64,000 nucleotides of DNA, taken from Podarcis bocagei (taxonomy: Eukaryota). The notes under the pieces were generated by a model. The model did no database searches. It saw only the letters and a list, made by a program, of their open reading frames with translations, and was not told the DNA's origin. The stretch lies in assembly GCA_964188305.1 (NCBI GenBank), contig OZ076885.1. One strand, 5' to 3'. The translations under genes and the position numbers were made by a program. Each line of letters begins with the position of its first letter. Within the stretch, counting starts at the first letter, position 1. Below are positions 24,970 to 38,845 of the stretch, piece after piece.

Positions 24970-27900
24970 ATGTCCCTCATCTGCTCCAGTGAGTGACTCG
25001 CCTTCGCCTTTTCTCGTGCCCCTTTCGGCCTTCCGGCTCCTCACAGCATGAGGGGGCAGGGGGGAAGGGGAGGGAGCAGCCAGTGGTCTACAGTTGGTGG
25101 GGAAAGGGAAAGGGGGGGGGGATTTGAGGGTTCCAACCACAGTAATGCTGGTCATGAGGATGTGTTAAATACATTGCTGTGGGCGGTTGCATGGCTCTCT
25201 CCTGTGTCCACAGAGCTCCCCATGCCCAATCTACTTGCCCCAGACCTTTAAAATAACCCAGTAGTACAATTCAGCAACAGTGCTTTTCTGGTCCCCGGTG
25301 GAGATGCTGAGGCTGAGAGTGTGTGGTTTCCCCAAGACTGCCTGACGAGTTTATAGAAGAGATGAGGTTCCAACGGGGGGGGGGGCTTCCTGCTTTGCAG
25401 CTCTGTCTCTTAGGGATGGTGTTTGTGACATTTTCCAGCTTGGTTTTATGCATGTTCATTCAGGAGTAAGTCTCAGCATACCTGAAGTAGCTAAATCTTT
25501 AGTAAGTATGTTTAGTTTTGCAGCCTCAACATTTGAGCTTCAATCTTGAAGCACAAAACTCTGGGTTGGATCTTTTAAGATTAATCTTAATTGTCTTTCT
25601 GAGGGTCCAAAGATGTTGGAATGGCAGGTAAATAACATTCTTATGACCTTGCCTTTCATTTCTGGTAACAAAAACAATGGGTTACCCTGATCTGTCAGCT
25701 CAGAGATGAGAATGGACCCATTGGGTCATATAGACTGATCTCTGCCAGAAGACAAGATAGCATATGCTTTTATGTCGTATACTGCTTTGCAACATTTTAT
25801 ACGAAAATGCAGTCTGTAATCATGTAAATAAATAAAAAGATAGCAAAATTTGGGCCACTGTTGTTATCATGGACAGGTACTTAAAAGATTCGCTTGGCAA
25901 TGGGCACTGTTGTTACATTGTATTTATTAACCATTTAGTTTTCTTATATTTGTAATTTTTTGTAATTAATTAAAGTTATTAATTAATGTCATATTAAGGT
26001 GATGGAGTGCTTTACAGAATTTGGTAATGATATCAGAGCAGCTCTGCAGCTGTTCCTATTTTTCAGATAAGCAACTGGGAATAAGTGGGGTGCCCAAAGC
26101 TGCTGAGTTATAATGTGAAACTTGGTTATTATACATTCAATAAGCAAAATAGTATTTGATCGTATAGGTATTTCTTTGAACAGGCACCAGCCTCTGATTA
26201 ACCTTCTTAATCAAACCAGAATGTAAATTTAGTTTACCATTACTTCATAGTCTGTAATGAGAGAACCTTATTTGAGTTATTTTTAGTGCAGGAAATACAT
26301 TATAATAAAGAGGTGTTTGCACACTTCTGGTTAGCACTTTAAAAATACTCTTGGTGGTGTGCTATTTCCTCCTCCCCGTGTTATTCTACAGATGGAATAT
26401 ATCTTTAACAAACTTGTATAGTTCTGCAGAATTAGCAGGTACAACAGAGTAGCACAGACATCTTGTATACATGTAGATCACCTCCTGCTCAATGTATCTA
26501 GAAAACAGACTTGCCGAGTGAAGTGGATTTAAGATTTTGCTTTTAATTACTCTTTAGGCTGTTTTAATGCACCTGTAATTGTGCATTCAGGTATGTGGGT
26601 GTAATTGGAATTCTGCATCTCGAGGCATTGAAAAAAACCTGTGGGTGTGATTTGAATGCATGACTTCTCTCTCTATAGGACTTCAGGCTTTCTCAATCAT
26701 ATTCTATCAGATTCAGAAGCTCTTACTAATTCTCTTTAGAGACTATGGCAATCCTAACTGAATGTTAACTAATTTTAACTTTGTGCTTCACAGGTACCAC
26801 ATGCCAAATATTAAAGAGCATTATTTTTATGATCGTTAAGATTATCGAATGGCCTCTACCCTCAGCTCTTTAGGTTTAGTTATTTCTATATATCTGGATT
26901 CTTTATACTTTAGGCCAAAATTATTTAGGCTTGACTTGGCTAAGATGGACAGGTTTTCTGACTGTCAATGGGAAAATCTAAATTATAACCTAAACAGTAC
27001 TAGATGAGAAGCAGCAGACAGTAATTTTTTTGGCAAAGGAGTAATACTCTCTCAAGGTCTGCATTAATGGGTGGCACACACTTACAGTTCTTACACACTT
27101 GCAGTTTATTGCACATGTAGATGATTTCTGCCTTTTTTATCGATACAGCTATCACCTGCTGATTCCTTCCCCAGTCACTAATCCAGTTTAGAATTTACAC
27201 ATTGCTCATCAGGGTGTGTGGGGAGGAGAGCCCCATTAGGCTAGTTCATTTGCTTCTGCTACAACGCCAGTTAGTTGAATTCAGGCCTTTAGTTTTTAAT
27301 CTTTTATTTGTACGCCACTTTTCCAAAGTTAAAACCATGCTCAAGGCAGCTTACAACAACAAAAAATACATAACTAGAAACATAACAAAAGTAGTCATAA
27401 ACACAGTGTTAAAAATTAAGATATATAAGGTAGGTGCCAAATAGCTCCTTAACCCAAGGTTGCAGTCGCCAAAATGAAATGTCTAGTTGCCATTTTTGGG
27501 CAAGACAGTTCTAAAGTCTTATTTTCCAAATGATGGACTGATTGATTCTCAGTTAAACATCTGTCATTGAGCTTGAGCTAGGTTAAGAGCTTTGAGAACT
27601 TAAAGAAGAAAAGTCACTTGATCCAGGGACAGCGTCTATATATTGCCCTATTCCGACCTCTCTTTTTTTAATGATGTCTGCTCCTGCTCAGGCTGCACAG
27701 AAAAAACGATTTGGTTCCAGAAATTCATTGCGATTGTGCAGATAAAATATAACTGATAGAATTCTACAGGATGAGGTATTCGGTTGCGGAAACAGTCCAG
27801 ATCCAGTGATCCCCGGATGATGGAGATGTCAGGTGCCATCCTAGCCCCCAAGCATCTTCACTTGGTCACAAGTGGTCGAAAGCCAACTGCAAGATGCGCC

Positions 27901-30900
27901 TGGCTAATTTTGAACACCACATAAACAATAAACACAACATACGACAAAATCGAACAATTTCCACATAAGATACAAAATAAAGGTACAAAAAATTAACAGC
28001 AACAACCCCCTCTAAACAATACTGCAGCCTCAGCTTTTGTAACTGGAGTCATTCAGGGCCCCGCCCTCCCAGGTCAGGTAGAAAAATGCTTCCAAGGCAG
28101 GGAGCAGGTCTCTGAGGATGGGTTCACATTATGGTCAATTTATGAAAAACATTCCTATGTTGAGTTCTCACCGGTAATGTCCAGGAATTGCTATCCATGT
28201 TGTAACATTTTCCTGCTCCTGCTCCACATAATTGGCTGCTGCTTGTGGGGTGGGGAAATGGTTAGTGCAGTGATGTCATGAGGCAGGAACAAATAGATCT
28301 GTGACATCCAATGTAACCCTTCAGCATTAGGCTGCTAGTTGGCAGGATTTTCTAATATATGTGCTTCCATGACTGAAATTTAACAAGTGGAAGGGCTAAA
28401 ATTCAGCTTTGACAATTGTGCATTGATGTCTAGCAATTGTGTGTTAGACATCGGGTTGGTTCCATACCAAGTTAGCTCAGCTTGGGTCTTGCTGAAATCA
28501 GTGGGACTTGGGTTCAGCTAACTTGATCCTGACGCAACCCATAGTATGTGACATACTGTGCATCTTTGGTTGGTAGGCTTTGTGAAGTCTTAGAATCATT
28601 TAATTGTAGAATTGAAAAGGGACTCTGAGGTCTTTTGATTCTGTGGTTTTGCTTTTGGTGTCAATTTACAAATATGACATGAAGGAATACAAATATTAAA
28701 ACAGTTGCATTTGATTTTTTTAAATCACTATTGGGACAGAAGAAGAATCAGAAGAAGAAACTTAAATGTCTTCCTTTTTAAACTTAAATAATTAGTAGGA
28801 ACACACTCTTCTTCAAAGCTTATACATGCTGCAATTTAAAGAGCACATGAATGTGTTTTTTTCTGTGGCAGGATTTGGGCACAGCCCAAATTGATTGAAA
28901 GATTGTGTAGTTTAGTGCATTGTGTTATGGCTCAGGTCAGCTTAGGCAAGGAAGAATAAGTTACACATGAGTACATACTGGAAGTTGTACCTGTCAGGAG
29001 TTCAGTGGTGGCTGATGCCCATTGAGTTTGGTAGGGCAGAGCAAGAAGTCAGAAACCAAGGGTAGGTGGGGCCAGAGGCAATGACTAGCAGACTCAAATG
29101 ATTAGAGTTTTGTCCCCATTCTCCCTGCCGAGTTCTACAAAGGTAACACAAGAGTCTAAAGTGGAGGAGGCAACAAGGGCCACCTCCTTGGACTGGATGT
29201 AAGAAAGAAGGCATATGTGGTGGGGGAAGCACTGGCTGAGGGCTGAGGGCAAACACAGGCTGCCAGTGCAGTGCTCCATTCTCCCTGCAAACCAGCCTCC
29301 ATTGTCAGGGCCAGTTCTTCACACAATGCCTAAACTAGTAATTCTGGAGCTTGATTAATTTTGTAGTTCATGCTCTTGTTATGCTCTTGTTTTACAAAAG
29401 TATAGATAATCAAAAAGAAACAGGATGTGCTACAACATTTTTACTGTAGATTCCATTGGGCTGGGATACTTCATTTCCCCTATTAATTCTGTATCTCTAC
29501 TTCGTAAAGTGCTGTGAAACATGGATGGTTGAATGACTTTTGCCAATTCTTTCTATTGTCCCTTTTCTTGCAGTTTCAAATGAGGTGCCTGAGCATCCCT
29601 GTGTGTCTCCTGTCTCAAACCATGTCTATGAGAGAAGGCTGATTGAAAAGTATATTGCAGAGAATGGGACTGATCCAGTGAACAACCAGCCACTGTCTGA
29701 AGAGCAACTCATAGATATCAAAGGTGAGGAAGGACAGAAGAGTCAGAGGCTCTGGAGTCTCCCTTGTGTTTGATAAACAGTTGAGTGTGGAGTTGCCAAT
29801 CTTAGTCTTCTCCTTTTAAGACCTTGGGTGGCAGGGAATTCTTGAAACCTGATTGCTGACTGATAAAGGGTGTTGTGCTTGAACAAATGGTCAGAGGGTA
29901 TAGAGTCTGACAATACTTGAAGAGCACAACATTAGTTACCCTTGTTCCAGGGTATGCTGAAACCAGGATGTTATGAGGTACTAGTCTAGCATATTGCACA
30001 ACAGGAAAAGCTAAATCAAATATTGATAAGGATAATCTCTCTGCCTTGCTATTTTGTTGTCTAATATGACTGTTCCAAACGCATCAGGGCCCGGTGAGCT
30101 TATAAATGGGTCTAGATAAAGGAAGGGTTGCTAACAAAAGTATTTGGTGATTTAAACCAGGGGTAGGGAGCTTGTGACCCTCCAAATGCTGTTGGACTAC
30201 TTCTCTTACCATCACTGGCCATGCTGGTTGAGAAAGATGGAGTGTAGGACCATCTAGAGGGCCACAGCTTACCCACTTTTGCTTTTTACCCAAGAGCAGT
30301 CTGCATACTCGCCTCAGTAACATCAACATCTATGTCCTCCCACTTACCTTCCCACTTCAGCAAAACTCCCTCTACCCCAGCTCTTCTCCTTAGCTTGCTT
30401 GTGGTTCCTTCCATCTGACCCACAATCCCTGTGGCCTTCTGCTCCCCCCCCCCCACAGTTCACTTTTTTGACTTCTCAATGCATGGATGTCATGAGCAAT
30501 GGATAAAGGCAAATAGGTGGTTGTTGAATTGCAGCAGTTAAAAAAGCTTGCAAAAGGCATGTGCCTTTTGAAATATTCTTCCAAGCAGCCTTGATTTTAA
30601 AGGCGTGTAATGCAGGTTTGTAAGGATAATAATGGATGGCTCTTTCTGGAAGCAATTCTTTCTTGTTCCTTTGTAATCCCCAGTTGCCCACCCAATTCGG
30701 CCAAAGCCACCATCTGCTACTAGCATTCCAGCCATTCTAAAGGCACTTCAAGATGAATGGGTAAGTATCTTTAATATATATATATTGGGGGGGCTCCTCC
30801 TCTGCTTGCTGAGATGATGGAACTGGAAACCATGAACGCCTAAAAACTTTTACCGCTTAGCCCACAGGATAGCAGCTATTACTTTGTTTCAACCATAGAC

Positions 30901-33900
30901 TTATTATACTTCTACGGACTTTCAAAGATTGACAGACCTGTGTTCATTTGTTTTCAAATGTATCAGAGAGTTTACAAGTATACACATTTTGTTTTTGTTG
31001 TACTAAATCATGTATATTATGCAATAAGAATTACAGTGCTATCTGGTATACTGGTCTTTGTGTTGTTTGTTGTGTTAAGTTTGCAACACAGGGGTTTGTT
31101 GTTCTGTAAAGATCAGTTACTATGCTGATGTGCTTCCTTAGGATGCTGTCATGCTGCACAGTTTCACGCTACGCCAGCAGCTGCAAACTACACGTCAGGA
31201 ATTGTCCCATGCACTATACCAGCATGATGCTGCCTGCCGTGTCATTGCCCGTCTCACCAAAGAGGTCACTGCTGCGAGAGAAGGTAAAGACTCAGAAGAT
31301 GATATGTTCTTTGGGTGGTGTCCAGGGAAGCTGCCCACAGTGCCAGCTTTAACCTGTCAAACCTTTTCTCTCTCTCTTTCCAGCTTTGGCAACTCTGAAA
31401 CCCCAGGCTGGCCTCATCGTTCCCCAGGCTGTACCTTCTTCACAACCCAACGCTGTGGTAAGTCACACACATATGTATCGGTCAGTAATTCTCTTTGTGC
31501 TCTGTCTTTCTTCTCTGGGCTAATCATGCTCTTCGTTGTCTTCCTGCAGGGTGCTGGTGAACCAATGGACTTAGGAGAGCTGGCTGGAATGACCCCAGAG
31601 ATTATCCAGAAGGTAAGAAATATCCCTGGCTTGCTCTTTGCCATCCAGATCATGCTATAGCTATACAGTTACAATCTCCCAATCTGAGCTCTATAGCTGG
31701 CTTTGTCGGTAGGAACATGCCACTTCCACACTGTTGTGCCTTCCCTTTCTACATTACGGCTGCAGTGTCTAACAGGACAATCAGTTGCAGCTTTTTCCAC
31801 TCTCCTGCTTTTTGGGAATCACTGATAGCACCCTGGCTGGCAGAGCAAGCAGAAAAGGGTGGGCAGACAGATGCAATAGCCTCTTCTCTGTCCTGGGGCC
31901 ATTCCCCAGCAGCAACAGGCAAAAAGCAGAGTGGGTCAGCAGCATTGTCCCCTGCTTATTGATGTGCTAGCATACCATGCTTGAAGCTGGCTTCTCCTAA
32001 TGCTGTTCTGTTTTGCAGCTTCAAGACAAAGCCACGGTGCTGACCACGGAGCGTAAAAAGGTGAGTGCCCCTATCTCAATATTTGCTCTACAGGTGGGGA
32101 AGCACTGAGTTATCCAGGGGTGCTTGCAGTATGTTTGTTCTCATGATTGCTGCAAAGGTGCAACTCCCTGTGCTAGGATGCTCCTGTTACAAGGAGTTTA
32201 GTTCTATGTTGTCTTTTTGGCAGAGAGGGAAGACCGTGCCGGAGGAGCTGGTGAAGCCGGAAGAACTCAGCAGGTACCGGCAGGTGGCTTCACATGTGGT
32301 GAGTATGGTGATCATAATTTATTGGGAAGGCTACCATGAAGGAATCATCTCATTTAAGCCGAACACTTCCTAGGTTTTACCAAAAATACTGTTGAGCATC
32401 CTCTCTCCATCTGAACTACTCTGCACTAGCTATCCATTGATCTAAGCCAGGGGTAGAGAACCATGACAGGCTACTTTGACAGATGGGCAGGATTCCACTC
32501 ACCTGTCAATCACCTGATGTCAGGTGACAAGCAAGACTTGAAATCACCACTGTCCGGTGCTGACTTGAAATCTGCTTTCTGTATGGGTCACCCAATGCTG
32601 GAGGGCATGCTGTCACCACCTACCATCTGATACATGATGACAGCAACCCTTCTTTGCCAATGAACAATTAGGAGTACACTTTAAGGCTCTCTATTGTGAA
32701 TTGGAAGCTGCATCTCTGCCTGCCTCACACCTGATCTCTTATATGCCAGGCTTGGACTGGAGGTTTTCCTTGTCCTCTGGAAGTTTAACCATACAGTGGT
32801 GCCCCTCAAGACGAATGCCTCGCAAGACGGAAAACCCGCTAGACAAAAGGGTTTTCCGTTTTTGAGCTGCTTCGCAAGACGATTTTCCCTATGGGCTTGC
32901 TTTGCAAGATGAAAATGTCTTGCGAGTGTTCCGATTTTTTTCCGCTTCCCCCCCTCTTTTTCTAAGCCACTAAGACGCTAATAGCCTTTTAGCCGCTAAT
33001 CCGCTAAGCCTTTAATAGCCGCTAAACCGCTAATAGCGCTATTCCGCTAAGCCGCTAATAGGGTTGCTTCGCAAGACGAAAAAACCGCTAGACGAAGAGA
33101 CTCGCGGAACGGATTAATTTCGTCTTGCGAGGCACCACTGTATTTTGCAACATGCTGGCCTGGAGTGTGAAGGCTCTGAGCTCTTGGACCTCTGTTGCCT
33201 CCTCCAGCCTTTCCAAATTAACAATACTTGCTGCTTTTGCGGCCGAGACCAAACTGGTGTTGCTCTTTGCTACCAGCTTCTCGCTTGATTCTGGAACAGC
33301 TTCAAGCTCATTTACCATTTGATTGCACAAGGAAGTAATTATTAATACCAGGATCACCACCGTTCTTTCATTACCGTTGCTGTGGGCTTGGAGCCAAGTC
33401 TGCAGATTCCTGTCAAATCATGAGGAAAGACTGTTCTATCAGGGATACAAATTGGGAAAAGTTTGGGATCAAGCCAAGTGTTTGCAGACACTCCTCTTGT
33501 ATAAGATGAGTCGTTTTGCTTGACTCTTGTTGAGATGAAGCAGTAGGCCCTCTCTCATCCTTTGCACTGAAACGTTAATGTCAACGTTAATGTTGCTTTT
33601 GCACAGGGACTACACAGTGCCAGTATTCCTGGCATCCTTGCTCTCGACTTGTGTCCTTCTGACACCAACAAGATCCTCACAGGTATGTTAAGACTTCTGT
33701 TTCAGTTCCTTTCCTGAGTAAAGTGTTAGGACAGTTTGAGCCAATGGGGTCCTTTGCTCTCTTCAAAAGCCACTTCTTCTCCTTTGGTTCCGTGCTTGGG
33801 TTTGCATGTAGGTATGGGCAGATCAACCTATTTTCATTCCGGGTTACTTTTGCTTGTGGTTGATCTTGGGTCTATCCTGTCTGGGGTTTTGTAGATTAAA

Positions 33901-36900
33901 ATGAAACTACAAAAACATTTCAGATATTATATACATTTGTCCTGTAAAGTACTCATTTCTGTATGCTTTCCAATGCATTTCTCCCTAAAATACTCATTTT
34001 TCTATGAATTTTGTTTTTGCAATGCATGAGTCCCAATACAAGATGTGCTGAAGGAGTGTAGGGCGCTCTCCTTCACTGGGCCTTTGTGGTCTTTTTGTTT
34101 TCTAGGTGGAGCTGATAAGAATGTTGTTGTCTTTGACAAGACCTCAGAGCAGATCCTGGCGACACTGAAAGGTCACACCAAGAAGGTCACCAGTGTAGTC
34201 TTCCATCCTTCCCAGGTAAAGACTGTCTTTTGTTGCCTGCCCCATTCCCTCCACCCCATGCCCATTATTTATATTTATTAAAATATTTAATATAACTTTA
34301 GCGTGTTGTTGAATTTCCTCTGCAGTTGCCTGAAACAACTGTATTATCTCCCTTGAGGTCCCCTTATAGATAGAGAATGCACTCCATAGGTCATCTCTTG
34401 AGCTGATGATTAAGGACACAACGGTTCTGAATTCAATAAACAAAGCTCTTGTTTCAGCCTAACTCTTCGGGCTTTATTTGCTCTCCCCTGCAGGAACTGG
34501 TGTTCTCGGCTTCGCCAGATGCTACTATCCGGATCTGGTCAGTCCCCAGTGTTTCATGTGTGCAGGTTGTGCGTGCCCATGAGAGTGCCGTGACAGGGTT
34601 GAGTCTCCATGCCACAGGCGATTACCTACTGAGCTCCTCTGATGACCAGGTGAGATCAAAACCAGAGGTGGTCAGGCCCAGACTGTGTTAACTGTAAAGC
34701 TCTTCATGCTAAAATGACATCTGCAAAATGTGAAGCTGCACTTGCTTATTTGCTTATTAGCTTTATTTTAAACATTTCTATCTCATTTTTTAACATAACA
34801 ATTCTTCCAAAGTGGTTCACACTTTAGAGATAACAATTAATAAAACAATCTAGTTCACAATGAAAAGGTACAAACATTGACATTTTTTAAAAAAATCCAA
34901 AACATAAAACAGCAAGGATTAGTCAAAGCAAGCTTTCCAGAAGAGACATTTTGCCATATACAAACCCTCCACCTTTCCTCTCTTTCAGTATTGGGCTTTC
35001 TCCGACATCCAGACCGGCCGTGTTCTCACCAAGGTCACAGATGAAACTTCTGGCTGTGGTAGGGGCTCTGCATTTGGTATTTTGGTGAAACTTGCTTGGG
35101 CGAGGGGAGAGTCTGCATGTTTAGTATGGTTTTGTTTCGCCATAATGTTAAACCATAGTTTAGTGTTCTGAGAACAAGCATAGCTTTCCTCCAGCCTTGT
35201 TCACTCCCCTTCCAGTACAGCCTCAAGGAGGAATCCAAAAACCGCTGCTTCTGGTTTTTGTGTAACCACAGCTTGCAGTGTTGGCTGAACCTGGACAAAC
35301 CGAGTTGTCATGACTGTGGTTAATGGAAACAAGTTAATATCAAGTAATAGTTTATTTGCTTATTTCAACTGAGCTTATTTAAGGTTAATCACAGTTTAGC
35401 ATGTTGCACAAACTCTAAACTGTGGTTAATCTAAACCAGAAGTGGCAGCTTCTAGTCTACTTATGATTGCACTGGGGAAGAAGGGAGACTTGCGATGAGC
35501 CTTGTGCAGAGGGCTAGGCTCATTCTCATAAAGCTGAACTATAGATTAGCGTCATTCCCAAGCACAGCTCATTCCACCCACATGGGTGGAAGAAGGCTGG
35601 GTAGGGACTTCATTTCCCTATAGGAATGGCTTACTCTCAGCTTTGTGATGATTCACTATCTCCTTTCTCTGCAGCGCTGACCTGTGCCCAGTTTCATCCT
35701 GATGGGCTTATTTTTGGGACAGGAACAATGGACTCTCAGATTAAGATCTGGGACTTGAAGGTGAGAAAAGGCTTGGAATATTGAGCTTCTTCATGATATC
35801 TACCTTAAGGATAGCTGATGATGTTATGTGACACATATAGAATATTCCAAAGTGCTTTATAAATGCTGATTCCTTCTCCATATTGTTGAATGAGAAATTG
35901 CATAAAAGCTAGGCTTGCACAGTCATATGAGATCTCAAAAGCCTGCTCTGCAATAACTCAGAACAGGGCTTTTGACATGACTGTCCCAGTTCTGTGGAAG
36001 AGCATTCCTGTTGAGATATGACAGCCACACGCTATCTGCACTTTTTGGGAAAAATGGAAGACATTTGTGTTCCAACAGGCTTTCCCAGGTGGATAAATGG
36101 GTATTTGCCAGGAATGTCTACTTGTTAGGGTTTTAGTCTTGTTTTAAATGTATATGTTGTTTTTGTTGTTTTAACTGCTTTTGATTATATTATGTATACC
36201 GTATTTTTCGCCCTATAAGACGCACTTTTTCCGCTCCAAAAATGAAGGGGAAATGTGGGTGCGTCTTATGGGGCGAATGCAGGCTTTCGCTGAAGCCTGG
36301 GGAGCGAGGGGGGTCCCTCGCACCGACCCCTCTCGCTCTCCAGGCTTCAGGAAGCTATCCGCTAGCTGTGGGAGACCCAGCTCTCCCAGGGCTAGCGGAG
36401 AGCTTGCCGGCACCCAGAAGCTTGGGGCGCGCTGAACCTCAGCACGCCCCAAGCTTCGGGATTAGCGCAGCGGTCCGCTAGCCCTGGGAGAGCCGCGCGG
36501 CTCTCCCAGGGCTAGCGGACTGCTTGCGCGCACCCAGAAGCTTGGGGCGCGCTGAGCTCCGCACGCCCCAAGCTTCGGGATTAGCGCAGCTGTCCGCTAG
36601 CCCTGGGAGAGCCGCGCGGCTCTCCCAGGGCTAGCGGACTGCTTGCCGTCACCCAGAAGCTTGGGGCGTGCTGAGCTCCGCACGCCCCAAGCTTCGGGAT
36701 TAGCGCAGCGCACCTGGGGGGGAAATAAATTCCCCCCCCCTTTATTTCCCCCCCAAAAAACTAGGTGCGTCTTATGGGCCGGTGCGTCTTATGGGGCGAA
36801 AAATACGGTAAATTGCCTTGAGACAGTGGTTTAGAAAGTAATTGATAGACATTGATTATAATGGTACTAATATGAGCAAGGAATACTCAAGAGGTGCTAC

Positions 36901-38845
36901 TACTGCCCATTCTAGAGTTGGAACTAGATTTAGAATAGCCAAAAATTCTACTACTATCTTCTAGATATCTCCTGTAGTTTTTGTTAAGTGAATGGTGCCA
37001 CAGACCGCCTGAGTGGGTTATGCAAACCCTCTGGGGTCCACAGACCACCAGTTGAGAACCACTGAGTTAGAGACATCTCACATGGATGTCATGAGAAAGT
37101 GGTGCTTATTAACATGCTTAAATTTTCTATACAATTTCAGCAGGAGTCTTCTAGGGCCCCTACTGCAAGTTCTCCAACATCAAAAGATTCATTTGCCACT
37201 GAAAACTCTTTGGAAGCACTTCATCTTTTCTTTCAGTGACTCTTAACCTGTTTTGGGGCCCACGCTGTGGGTTAAACCACAGAGCCTAGGACTTGCCGAT
37301 CAGAAGGTCGGCGGTTCGAATCCCTGTGACAGGCTGAGCTCCCATTGCTCGGTCCCTGCTCCTGCCAACCTAGCATTTCGAAAGCACACAGTGCAAGTAG
37401 ATAAATAGGTACTGCTCCGGCGGGGAGGTAAACGGCCTTTCCGTGCGCTATAATTCTATAATTCTATGAAAATGTGAATAATTAAAAGTTTAATTAATGC
37501 CAGGGTATTGTTAGGGACGCGGGTGCCGCTGTGGGTTAAACCACAGAGCCTAGTGAGCTCCCGTTGCTCGGTCCCTGCTCCTGCCAACCTAGCAGTTCGA
37601 AAGCACATCAAAGTGCAAGTAGATAAATAGGTACCGCTCCGGCAGGGAGGTAAACGGCGTTTCCATGCGCTGCTCTGGTTCGCCAGAAGCGGCTTAGTCA
37701 TGCTGGCCACATGACCCAGAAGCTGTATGCCGGCTCCCTTGGCCAATAAAGCGAGATGAGCACCACAACCCCAGAGTCGGTCATGACTGGACCTAATGGT
37801 CAGGGGTCCCTTTACCTTTACCGAAAGACCAGTTTTAATTACCTGTCTACCTGAAAGTTGCTATCACTTCCAAAGAGGAGCCAGACTCAAAATGCCATGC
37901 AGAAAGTATGTCACAGGGAGGATAAACTCACTCTCTTATTCACTGTGCAGGCAGGGGAGGTGTAGAAGCTTTGCATCCTTTGGGAAGATAGGATCAGGCC
38001 TAACCTGTCTCTAACACATACTGACTTGTTTTTCTCAGGAACGGACCAACGTTGCAAACTTCCCAGGACACTCTGGCCCTATTACTAGCATTGCCTTCTC
38101 TGAGAATGGGTACTACCTGGCCACTGCTGCTGACGACTCCTCTGTCAAACTCTGGGATCTGCGCAAACTGAAGAACTTTAAGACCCTGCAACTGGACAAC
38201 AACTTTGAGGTTTGTGTGACCCTCTCTTGCTCTAGTAGGCCTGTATTCCTTCCCTTTCTTTTCTTGACAGCACTTGGAATTTTCTCAGGTTCCTCCCCAT
38301 CATTTTAAAGCCCAGTGCAACCATTTTCTCTACACTTTTGGCAGCTCTCTGAACCTTGCACAGCTGCTTCCTCTAGTTTGGCGCTCCTCCTTTAAATGGA
38401 AAGAGGTTGCTACTGCCCCAGCTTGGGAGGACTGGGCCCAGCTACTTCTGAAGTGGGTGTGTTCATCTCAAATACCATTTTCCTCTTTAGGTGAAGTCCC
38501 TCATATTTGACCAGAGTGGCACCTATCTGGCCCTAGGAGGCACTGATGTCCAAGTCTACATCTGTAAGCAATGGACGGAGGTTCTCCACTTCACAGGTAA
38601 GGGAGGTTCTGGGTCCTTTGTGCCATTCTTGAGAGGCTTTATATTCAGACATTTGTACTATTGGCCGGTATCACTGTTTGTGGTGTGTGAGGTGACAAAA
38701 CAATGAAACAATTTCTCAGTCAACTGTCTTTATTTCCTTTCCTACAGAGCATAGCGGCCTGACCACAGGAGTGGCCTTTGGGCATCATGCTAAGTTCCTT
38801 GCTTCAACAGGCATGGACAGAAGCCTGAAATTCTACAGTGTGTAG
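24970..38845 (+). CDS. PRPF19: Pre-mRNA-processing factor 19 (U-box, coiled-coil, WD40), 504 aa, 16 exons
   Basis: Exons 24970-24988, 29574-29723, 30684-30760, 31142-31283, 31384-31457, 31550-31612, 32019-32060, 32224-32298, 33607-33682, 34106-34215, 34494-34649, 34989-35058, 35675-35760, 38039-38209, 38491-38596, 38748-38845. All GT-AG; total 1515 nt. Protein [41 protein letters not shown]...[10 protein letters not shown]. Candidate poly(A) signals at 39197, 39210 and 39387. Confidence 0.98.
32794..33140. mobile_element. Tc1/mariner-type MITE
   Basis: Ends TA|CAGTGGTGCC and GGCACCACTG|TA; internal GCAAGACG and CCGCTAA repeats; sister copy at 63656-63892. Confidence 0.85.
36199..36808. mobile_element. 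Mariner/pogo-type MITE with internal 119-bp palindromic tandem repeats
   Basis: TIRs CCGTATTTTTCGCCCTATAAGACGCAC / GTGCGTCTTATGGGGCGAAAAATACGG with a TA duplication. Confidence 0.88.
37254..37449 (+). mobile_element. Sauria/Squam1-type SINE, 3'-truncated copy
   Basis: tRNA-like head (GGTTCGAATCCC B box); body is near-identical to the adjacent copy. Confidence 0.8.
37514..37821 (+). mobile_element. Sauria/Squam1-type SINE
   Basis: GGGACGCGGGTG head, conserved body, (CCTTTA)n tail. Confidence 0.85.

Noticed and set aside
24450-25251. ORFs across the PRPF19 promoter
   Set aside because: CpG-island artefacts; the real first coding exon is only 19 nt (24970-24988).
27640-27990. Possible non-LTR element 3' fragment in PRPF19 intron 1
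   Set aside because: Composition is suggestive, but the family and boundaries could not be supported.
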